Source of the DNA: Fimbriosthenelais zetlandica
Taxonomy: Eukaryota
DNA: 64,000 bases
NCBI GenBank assembly: GCA_977030845.1
Contig: OZ365110.1
Location: 18,972,001-19,036,000, forward strand
Direction: 5' to 3'
The notes under the pieces are model-generated. The model did not search any database. It saw only the letters and a program-made list of their open reading frames with translations, and was not told the origin of the DNA. Below are positions 54,485 through 64,000 of this stretch, piece after piece. The translations under genes were made by a program, and so were the position numbers. The stretch's first letter is position 1, and every line of letters begins with the position of its first letter.

Positions 54485-57400
54485 TTATTTGTCAGATGCA
54501 ATCGGATCAGTCGTGAAGTTTACCAGATAGCAACATATAACCCAAATCTTATTGAGATCAGCAGCCATGGTATTTGGAAATATATATTTAAGTATGCGAA
54601 AGTTCTTAACACGCTCAATAACACGTTCAACATGGATCCGGACAGAGGCTATCCTCCTTGTTGCTACCTCTTCTTCTGGGGAGAGCTGTGATTTTCCACT
54701 CATGAAAGGGGGGATGTTGAGTCCTACCCTCTTTTGTGCTAGGTATTCGTCTATGAGGAATCCCCTATCCGCCATCACTGAATCTCCTTCCTCCAGCTTG
54801 TCGAGTAGTCCACTGTTTTCTGTGATCTGTTTATCAGACATGCGTCCAGGGACTAAATCAGAAACAAAACTCACAAAACCATTTGGTGCTATGCCTATGA
54901 GACCCTTGGCCGTGTTGTGACTTTTGTAGGATGAATATGTCTCTGACTGAACTCGCAAATGGGATGGCGTCTCAATGAAAAGCTCTGTGCAGTCCAATAT
55001 TACGCGAGTGCAAGGGTAGGACTGCTTGAAGCATTCGGGCATGTGCTCCTGGAGTAGTGGTCTGGTTGGCCATATTGTCAACTGCCGGAAGCGGCGAGAC
55101 ATCAGGTCGACATAAGTGCGAAATATTCTACTCACTGTTGTCGCATGGATACCAAATCTGGAAATTAGAATGAAATTCAGATTCAGATTTTTATTTGTAT
55201 GAGTCATTGAATATCAGGTATATAATAGGTATATGGAGTATGTGGTTTTTCATGTGATGGAAAAGTTGAGGGTTGAAAGCTTGGCAAATTTATTTTGCAA
55301 CATATTTTTCACAAAATTTGAAATTGGGATCCTTAAGGATTTTTGTAAAGAGTTGCTTGTTTTTTTATTTTATTTTAATTATTATTTTAACAATAATTTT
55401 ATTTTATTAAAACAATAAACAGTCTCTTTGGAATCAGCAGTATTTACTATTTTAGGTAGGGTAAGTAGGCTAGTAAATTCATATATTTTTTCTGGCCTTA
55501 GACACTAAAATTAGACTAAATTTCTATCCTAGTTATAATCTATTTAATTATTACGGGACATGGTACGTTTAACATTCTAGAACTTGAGTAACAAGATGTC
55601 CACATACCTGAATGCAAGGTCCTCAACCAGTAGGCCAACTCTCAATCTTGCCAGCACAAGCAGAAGCTCATCTTCAGAAGACAGAAGGCGGTTTTTTCCT
55701 CGTGAGGGGCTTGTTTTGATATTGGGTTGAGACCCCCAATATTGTATCTTATCCAAATCATGTGCAAGGAAATTGTGCAGTACGAGAAATTCGTTGTATG
55801 TAGAAAAGCCAGTGTAGAACCGGATAGCGTCTGGATTTTCCTTGATGGCCTGTATGCTTAGGATTTTCGTGAAGAAATCCTCGTTTACTTTTTCTCTATG
55901 AATTATGGACATATGGTACTTTCTTTTCCATGTCCTAACTTCTTTTAACATCACCCCATTGGACTTTTCTGCCTCAGATAGTTTTGATTCCGTCTGTTTC
56001 AATCTCGTCGTCAGTTCAGAAAGTTGTTGTTCTAAGTCCTCGATTTTCTCTGCCATCATTTCTATAGTCCTATTTTTATCATTTAGCAGGCACTTTAAGT
56101 TATCTTTGTCCATCGGCATGGCGTAGGAATGACTGTGTGTGATGTCGAGATCACTGGGCATACTTTGTACGTGGTCATCACCTGAAAAAAAACATGCAAA
56201 TATTAGTATTAGGCCAAACAGAATAATACCTTTGTTTGGAATAACATGAAATTGGGGGCAATGGTGGGGGGGGGGGGGGGGGGGGTGGTTGTCATGAACC
56301 AGTCCTATATTATCTGTAGTGTCTTTTTTGTTTCTAACCCCAGGCGGTGGAAGGAAAACTTCACCCGATCAGGCAAAAAGTTATTTTTGTTTCAGATCCA
56401 CAGAAAGCGGAGATTTCAATTATTTAGAGAACAGTCTGAACTTTAGAATTTTTATATTTTTTGTTAAAAATATACCATGGTTATATTGTGTTAACCTGAA
56501 TATAGATTATTTCATAGATATAACGATAATGTGGTAGGCCTAAACTGAAGATTACTTTATAGATATGATACAATAATAATAATGTGGGAGGCCTAAGCTC
56601 AAGATTACTTTATAGATTATAATGATAATGATGTAGGCCTAAACGGAAGATTACTTTATAGATACAATAATAATAATGTGGGAGGCCTAAGCTGAAGATT
56701 ACTTTGTAGGTAAAATGATAATGTTGTAGGCCTAAACCGAAGATAAATTAGGCATATAGTGTAATAACTAGTGTATAGGTATAATGAAAATGTGGTAGGC
56801 CTAACCTGGAGATAAAACAAAGATGGATAAATTACATTAGATCTATAGATATACCGGTAATGATACTATGAGCAAAAAGGTGAAAACATGGGGTAGACAG
56901 CTAATAGATCTACTTCTTTTTATTGGAGCAAAACTTAGACTATAGGCCTACTAAATCTAGGCCTATGTAGGTTTTCGTGGGTAGGCAACTTAAATGTTAC
57001 TAGTAGTAGAGGGAAAACAGTGGGCGGGGGCAGGGCCGTGGAGGATGGTGGGGATGAGGGTCGAAATTATATAGCCTAGCACTAGGCTATAGGCCTACTT
57101 TTCACGAGAAATCAAGTAGGCCTAGCTAATGGTCAAGTAATATGAAAGCCAAAAAGGGGATCAGTAGGCCTACTAACTTAATACACTGTATACAGTATAA
57201 AGAATCTCATCCCCGCCCCTGTCAACTTCAAGTTTCAGTAGTGTCAGGTGTTGACTGACAGTGCCACTGCAGCCAGAGTCAGTGACAGTGTCAGTGGAGT
57301 GGCCCGAGTGGCCCATGCGACATTCAGTCAATATAAACATGGATACTTACATAATTCAGGTTCATCCGTTGTCGGAACTAATCTCTCTATCTTCCTCCTT

Positions 57401-57681
57401 GCGTATTCGGGTTTGGAAGTAGAAGAGGATTTCATGGGGAACTCTGTGGGAACAGATACCATGTACGTCTTCTTTCCGCCCTTGAAATGCAGGCTGCACA
57501 CTCGGTGTCCAGTCTGGGAGGGTTGAAATAAACTGAACTTACCAGTTTCTCCAACCCTACCGATGTTGTTTCTCCATATCCTTTCTGTTTTGACGTCTTT
57601 TGGAAATTTATAAAAACATAAGTGGCGATCTCGCTTGCTATTTGTATAGCAGCCGGGGACACAACATGTGTAGCCCGGCAT
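54485..57681 (-). CDS. THAP - coiled coil - HTH - DDE (Harbinger/DDE_Tnp_4-type) transposase, about 525 aa
   Basis: Exons 57681-57351, 56181-55608 and 55157-54485 (1578 nt, GT-AG, in frame). THAP: [11 protein letters not shown]...FYKFP...W...RVCSLHF...VPTEFP. HTH: [32 protein letters not shown]. Catalytic motifs: [30 protein letters not shown]. Confidence 0.92.
56525..56815. repeat. Degenerate tandem array (about 6 units of 45-70 bp) in transposase intron 1
   Basis: AGGCCTAA.C.GAAGATTACTTT core at about 56536, 56589, 56635, 56683, 56728 and 56797. Confidence 0.8.
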
Positions 57682-58329
57682 GGCGCCGCCGTTTTCGCGC
57701 CGGAAATCGTGGTGCGACGTCTGACGTCGTTGTACCACAACTCCCACAATGCAATGCGCGGTCGAAAAACAAGATGGCGCGTGTGCATACGGGCTATTAA
57801 GGAGACATGGGTAGCCTATAGGAACATGAAAGGGATTTTCAAATCTGGCATGAGTAGGCTAGGCCTAGGCTAAATAGCCCTAGATTCTAGAGAACAAAAA
57901 AATTGAATTCGGAGCAAAGTTCCCCCAAATGTGATTTATTAGCATAGGCCTACGGTGTAGCCTAGCCTTTAGGCTACCGGTAGCCTACTTTGGTATGACC
58001 AGAAATTAAAACGCCCGTTCCTTTATCGAAATCATGACATAGGGGTCTAAATCATTAGGGACCTTGAATTAGGCTATAGGCTAGGGCCTAGGCCTCGGCC
58101 AATCCTGGAATTTATAAATTTAGGACTAGGCGTAGGCCTAGGCTAAAGCCTAGGCTATCCTACCAGTACCCTAGGACTAGGCCCTACCTAAGACTAAGTA
58201 GCCTAGGCCTACGCATAATGCGTCTAGGCTACTTAGGTATAGTCCTAGGCTAGGCCTACTGGTAGCGGCATAGGCCTAGGCCTACAACCTAGGCCATGCA
58301 ACATCCAACCATTTCACAAATTTATAGCG

Positions 58330-59300
58330 GCCAATAGCCAAATCAAGTTTTCAAGATGGCGGAAGAGACGTAGCCTACCGTAGCCGTAGGCCTAGGACTT
58401 CACTAAAGGTTTATCCGTCCACTCAGACTCAGAGTCAGGGTTTTTTCATAAGGCCTAAAGTTCTTCGTTCTGTGATTAAGGTCTTCCACGGGAGGAAACT
58501 TAAATCACAGGTAACCTACCTTCAAATGCCGTTTGAATGGCTGCCAAAGTCTTTGCATTCTCCGGGCGAATTTCACCGGCATCTTTCTCGAACGTTTGGA
58601 CGGAACCGGAAATGAGCAGAACAATCTGGTGAGACGACATGCCACAGGCTTTTAGCAACTAGCCTTTTGTTTTTGTAGCCTAAGACAGGACATCAATCAA
58701 TGATCCTACTGGACAGAGTGATATTATACCGAGCTATTACAACGCACTTATAAAATGCGATGTTTGGTGGGTTTAAATATTAAAATTGAATCACCTGTAG
58801 GCATAGGCATGGGTGCCACGTGCGGGAAGTGTCTATGTTCACGCCGCCTTTTCATGATGGGCCATGTCCACAGTAGTCAGTTCGTGCCTGACTCTGCACA
58901 ACATGGGTTGTCGTCGTGGCCTATGCCCGTACCGAGGGTCAGGCACGAACTGACTATGTCCACAGCTGCAAGATAGCAAGGCAAGTGCTGAGGCACTATG
59001 GATTATTTCATATTTAGTAGGCTAATAGCGTTACACTTGGACGTCTAGGTATAAGGCCTACCGTACATCCGTAAATGTCGTCCGCTGACCAGGAAATTTG
59101 CCTGAGCGGGAAAATTGGATGTCGTAAAATTCAGATGGGATTGACCAATCAGCGCGGCCGTATCCGTTCGAACCGAATGACGGACCAGCGATGGCGGCTT
59201 GTTTTGGTTTTGTTGGAGCACGTCAACAAAAATCATGAATGACTGGAGATACTGGTGAGATACATGCCTTTTTATCCCGGTATTGTTGAGATATGCTATC
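58330..59300. promoter_or_regulatory. Probable bidirectional promoter region (SFI1 on +, ADAM locus on -)
   Basis: CpG-containing segment between divergent genes. It has a YY1-like CAAGATGGCGG (about 58353), an ETS-like CCGGAAAT (about 58607), CCAAT boxes (about 58331 and 59146) and TAGGCCTA-rich flanks. TSS positions are not determinable from sequence. Confidence 0.55.
58520..58640 (-). other. Candidate first exon on the minus strand (40-codon ORF MSSHQIVLLISGSVQTFEKDAGEIRPENAKTLAAIQTAFE, phase-1 donor)
   Basis: ATG at 58640; open frame to the donor AAG/GTAGGT at 58520/58519. No family recognised; may be a 5' UTR exon with a uORF. Confidence 0.35.
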
Positions 59301-59303
59301 ATT

Positions 59304-62300
59304 ATGAGTAAGCGCCTGGAAATTGAGAATGATCGTCGAAGTAGAGCGGAAGAGGCTGTTGGGAAAGCTGAGAATTTTGCCCGGCAAGATGATCGAACTC
59401 TGCGGGTGAAAGCTAAGCAGGCGATATTAGAGGAATTAAACACTCAACTTCACGTTAAAGCCGAGAAAATACGTCTCGGCACAAGATATGGTAGTGGAAC
59501 TCATCAAGAAGTAATCAATGAAAATGATGAATCCCTCCGTGATGATGGTGTCCTTGATATAGGACCCATCCCGTTAAGCGGGAGGTAGGTTTTCTTTTCT
59601 TTACCCTGGTACTTTTCTTTTTGTTTGGGCCCCGCCCCTGCCCTGGGCCGATAGGCAGACCCCCCAGTCTCACTAAAATTTAATTTGTCAATGATCAATC
59701 TTGAGTTGTCATCGTGCGTAATCAACATTGTTCCCAGCCTCATGAAGTAATTTTGTCATATCCCAACCCCAGTCTCACTAAAATTTAATTTGTCAATGAT
59801 CAATCTTGAGTTGTCATCGTGCGTAATCAACATTGTTCCCAGCCTCATGAAGTAATTTTGTCATATCCCAATAGATCTACTATTGTTCTGCCAACAAGCC
59901 CATCGTCAGTATCCAAAATGAGGAACCCTTCCAACAGAGTAACATTTGGCAGCCCATCTTCCATTCCTGTGTCTGTTGCCCGAGAGAGAAGACGACAAGC
60001 TGCAGAAAAACAACACAGCCACTCCACAACTACAGTAATAAAACCATCCATACGTAACTACCGCCCAGGATACACATGGAATCGAGGTGGTCGATTGAAA
60101 GAGATAAGGATAAGGTGAATGAAACATTAATCAGTATTGTAGCACCCTGGGTCCTAGACCTAGTCTCTTTTTCATCTCTTTCTAAAGAAAAGAATGTTTT
60201 CAAAATAACTAAAAGTCCACTCTCTCCCACAGGACCCTTGCCAGAAAGTTTGTAAGGAAATGGATTACAAAGACATTTGGTCGGGTGCTTCCTTCTACAG
60301 CTCAGTAAGTACCGGTACCGGGTATTGGATTGTGTGAGAATATTAAATATTATTAGCATATTTGCAAAATGTATATTTATCCACGTGTAATCTCTTTCAG
60401 ACAGCATTATGAAAGAAATCTGAAGAAAACGGCATTTGCAGAATGGTATGATCTGTGGTGGATAGCAAGACGAGAGTGGGGGCTAAATGTGAGAGCAGAG
60501 TTACATGACCGGTACCGAGTCTGGAACCGAGTTTGGCGGGCATGGAGGTCCTATACAATGGAACACCGAATCAAAACTGCCAAAGTTAAAATGGCTGATC
60601 GGAGTGGTTAGTATTCAGTTCGTTTTTTATACGGTATGTTAAATTGTTCAAATTTGTTATTAATGATCTGTAATATTCTCGATTACAGCTAATTTTCATC
60701 GCAGTGAAAAATCAATCAGTGCTTGGAAACTATATGTTCAGGAGCGCAGAGTGAAGAAAGTAGAATACCAGAAAGCTGAAGACTTTCATCACCAAACCAT
60801 CATCCGGTGAGTTGACGATCAGTAAATCTTCACTGGTTTATTTCCATGTTTGGAGAGCTGTCTTAGACGATTTTCAGTCTATACATATGATTTGATTTCT
60901 TTTGTTAGTGTTACCTGGAGGAAATGGAACCTACGCTTCATGGAGTCTCGAGGCCGGGAATATGATAAACAACGAGCTCTAAGATTTTGGGCCACCAATA
61001 CTCAGAGACAGGTATATATTCCCTTTTAAGACAAGATCCGCGGATCCTTTTTTTTTTATTTTGATTTTTGATATTGAAACTGAACCATATAATATGGATC
61101 AGGCTTACTTATATATTCCAAATATAATTTTTATTTTTGCAGGCTTGGGAAATATGGCGCTCAGCATTTCTCGAAAGAAGAAAAACTAGCATACATTGTG
61201 AGAAGGCAGCGGTCTATCATGACGAGTCAGTATTAAATAAATGTCTTCAAGCCTGGCTTGTCTATCGAGATGAACGGCGGAGGAAAAGGGAAAAAAGGGG
61301 TAAGTTATTTTGTTTTTGCGTTTTAGTTTTTATGGTTGAAATAGAAAGTTAAACCCAACGAGTTTTCTATACTCGTTGGTTATCCTGAAGTATTGAAGTA
61401 GAATAGAAGTATTGAATAGAAATGGATGTATTTTAGCAAAGACTATTATATTGACATACATTTTCTAATACACATTTCGATCCTTGCCATGACAGAGTTT
61501 GCTGATCATGTCTCCCGCCTCATGGTGAAGAGATATCATTTCCATCAGTGGGCTCAGCGTTTCCATGTTAGCCGCGCCTCCCGTGAACATAAAGAAGCCA
61601 TACTGGAACTGGCTGCGCGAGCCAGGAAACGAAGAGCCCTGGTTCATTGGTCCTATTGTATCCTTCAGTGATCTAACAAACTTTTAAATTTATATTATTA
61701 AGTCTGTATACTGAATATTTGATCCAATTCATTACATGGGGAGTTCATCAATGAATTTTGATTTTGAACAAAAGTTCCTGGAACTTGAGTACCTTAACAT
61801 GGAAAGATGTTGAGCTGGTGAGAGCCAAGAAAGAACGCCAAGCCGTGGCTGATCATCATTACCAAACCAACCTCTTGGTAAGATGTTTTCCTCTAAAATT
61901 TCTCCAAGCAAAAACTTTTGAACTTTGTCAATTATTCATAAAGTTCTATATCATGGAATTTACTCATCGATTCTACCTTACATAAATAATTTTGCTTGTA
62001 ACTTTTGTATACATTACAGCGTTTGGGTCTTGGATGCCTCCAGTTATACGTCAGACAGAAGCGTTTAAAGAAATTGAGGAATGATCAAGCAATCGTTCAT
62101 AGATGTACGCAGGTAAGTTTAATGTGACTTCTCAATCTCAAGCTCTATATGGTAAAAGACCTGAACGGCTAGAATTGTCTCCGACCTATTTTGGTATGTA
62201 TATTCATGTCATGTTTGATATATTCAGGTAGAAGACATTATCATTTAGTGATAGTTTTAATGATACGTCTTGTTTTTTCTAGCTTCAGAAAATGGCATGG

Positions 62301-63919
62301 ACACTCTGGCAAACCCGATGTGAGGAGCGGGAAGAATATCAACTCGCAAGTGCTTTAAGACTAGCTTCACTTCACTACAGGTTGCTATATCATTACTAAG
62401 GCATACATCAGGACCTTCCTTTAAATTCCCATTTTCCCTGAAAATCTAATGAATATAATTCTACATTTCAGAGGGGTCCAACTGAAAATATCGTGGTCCG
62501 TTTGGACACAGTATGTGGCCTGGAGGCGTCATAGAAAGGTAAAAATATAAAACTCTAATCTGTGTCATATCTGTGTCTTATTGAACAACTGATTTAATAT
62601 GTATACTTTTGATAATAATGATCTGTTGTAGACGCAGTACCTGAAAGCTGAGGCTCACTTCTACATCACTGCCCTGCCACGGTATCTACAGCGTATGACA
62701 GACTATGCGGGCTTCTGCAAGCACAAACGTGAACTAGATGCCAAGTCACAAAACTTTAGAAGGTGGGTACATTATACTCTTGAATATGGGGTATTTCTTT
62801 AATTGTGCATTTCATTTTAAATCTTTCCGTGGAATAATATTATAATGTTTAATTCATGACAAGTGTTTTATTTTTATGTGGGGTTGTTCGGAAGCCTGAG
62901 CAAAAACCTGTAACCATCCTGCTATTTCTTACAGAGAGAACCTCTCAGCCAGGTTTTTCTATGGTTGGGTCGAGGCGTGTCAAGTTAGTCAAGACACGAG
63001 GATGATGAATACCATGGTAGGTCCTTACCGGTAATTTCTTTTATAGATTATCATATCATTTTTTGAGAGAAAAGGGACACATGCTTATACTATATGATTC
63101 AAATATTCATTCTCGATGTCACAGGCCATCCTACACTATGAAGAATCTGCGAAGAGAAACGTATTCATTTTGTGGAAGGCAAGAACACAAGAAGTGCTGG
63201 AGGATCTGTTCAAAACCGTAAGTGGATCCAAAGAACAATTTTGAATGACTTTAACTCTTATAATAAATCAAAAAAAGCCATGGCAATGAAATTACATCAA
63301 GTATTGTAAACTAAGTTGAAATTTTCCAAAATAATAAATTATTTTTGTCCTGGTTGGGTGAAGGAAGTGGCCACAGAACACCACGAGGAGAGAGTGTGTA
63401 GGCGGGCGTTTAGAAGATGGCGTCAACATGTGAGCAACCTTCACCAGGAACATTCACAGCAGCGTCAGGCAGCCCAACACTGGTCCAAGAAAGAACTCAG
63501 CAAACACTTACAGGCATGGAAGGAGGTGATTATGATTACAATATTTAACGTCCGTGCAAAAGGTACCTTCACATTGAAGTGCATTTTACAGGATAGATAG
63601 CAGTAATCTAAAGGGAGATGATCTATTAACTCATATCTTTGTATCTTAAAGCATAAAATAGAAAATCATATTATAGAGATTTTGACCCTTAGCCCCTGTG
63701 ACATTTCAGTTGCTTGAGACTAAAAGATTTTGCGGCAATTTTTCAGTATGTTGAAATGAGGCGCGCAAAGAAGAGAAAGAAGTTGAAAGGAGATGAACAC
63801 TACACAATTGTGGCACTTGGCAAAGCTGTCGCGGCGTGGAAGGTTTGTCTGGAGGACAGAAGAGAAGTGATGGTTGTAGTGGAGGCGCGCTGGAAGGCCA
63901 GTTGTGATCTCCTGCTCAG
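59304..63919 (+). CDS. SFI1: SFI1 centrin-binding protein homolog, 5' part (continues beyond window)
   Basis: Exons 59304-59584, 59875-60114, 60233-60304, 60401-60606, 60689-60806, 60909-61011, 61143-61299, 61496-61657, 61807-61877, 62020-62112, 62283-62380, 62472-62538, 62632-62762, 62935-63016, 63125-63217, 63364-63525 and 63747-63919, joined in frame. N-terminal [33 protein letters not shown] matches the SFI1 motif as I recall it (human [32 protein letters not shown]). It is followed by periodic A..H....L...W..W centrin-binding repeats. Confidence 0.93.
59662..59871 (+). repeat. 105 bp tandem duplication at the 3' end of SFI1 intron 1
   Basis: CCCCAGTCTCACTAAAATTT...GTCATATCCCAA starts at 59662 and again at 59767; the second copy ends 3 nt before the exon 2 start (59875). 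Confidence 0.92.
61658..61806 (+). other. U12-type (minor spliceosome) GT-AG intron in SFI1
   Basis: 5' site GTATCCTTC (consensus RTATCCTT); branch motif TACCTTAAC at 61790-61798 (consensus TTCCTTAAC); AG at 61805-61806 with no polypyrimidine tract. Splicing here restores HWSYYVELVRAKKER in register with the SFI1 repeat. Confidence 0.85.
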
Positions 63920-64000
63920 GTAGATACAGTTTTTTTGTATAGTTAACTGGAGGTTCAGAAGGTTCATAATCTATTTCACTATCTGTTAAAATTCAATCTG

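Larger units (their letters stand above)
42027..57794. mobile_element. ISL2EU/Harbinger-like autonomous DNA transposon (two convergent genes), 15.8 kb including a nested MULE
   Basis: TIRs: TAGCCCATATGCATACG (42025-42041) vs reverse complement of 57780-57796, TAGCCCGTATGCACACG (15/17). A second mirrored motif CGCGCATTGCACTCTGGGAG (42069-42088) matches the reverse complement of 57741-57760 (18/20). The ends enclose a THAP-DDE transposase and a YqaJ-exonuclease gene, the gene pair described for ISL2EU. TA flanks both ends if termini are GCCC...GGGC. Confidence 0.88.

Noticed and set aside
54552-54920. Plus-strand 122 aa ORF
   Set aside because: Antisense shadow of the DDE transposase exon.
59045-59443. 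132 aa minus-strand ORF
   Set aside because: Antisense to SFI1 exon 1 and promoter; no independent coding evidence.

Overview
AT-rich, intron-rich eukaryotic DNA, probably from an invertebrate animal; no tRNA, rRNA or CRISPR seen. Two host genes diverge from a CpG-containing promoter zone at about 58.3-59.3 kb. SFI1 (centrin-binding centriolar protein, + strand) has 17 exons traced from 59304, continues past the window end, and contains a minor-spliceosome (U12-type) intron. An ADAM-family metalloprotease gene (- strand) has a signal-peptide exon at 40479-40566 and a prodomain exon at 24389-24510; the rest lies left of the window. Between them sits an apparently intact 15.8 kb two-gene DNA transposon of ISL2EU/Harbinger type (about 42027-57794, matching TIRs). 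It encodes a THAP-HTH-DDE transposase (-) and a convergent SAP-SWIM-YqaJ exonuclease (+). Intron 1 of the exonuclease gene holds a second, also intact, Mutator-like element encoding a PHD-proline repeat-FLYWCH-MULE transposase. The ADAM introns carry a 1.6 kb foldback element built from palindromic units around a promoter-like core, a small hAT-like MITE, a decayed DIRS/Ngaro-like remnant and several tandem duplications. All exon boundaries were read by hand from splice signals and frame continuity; no database searches were run.
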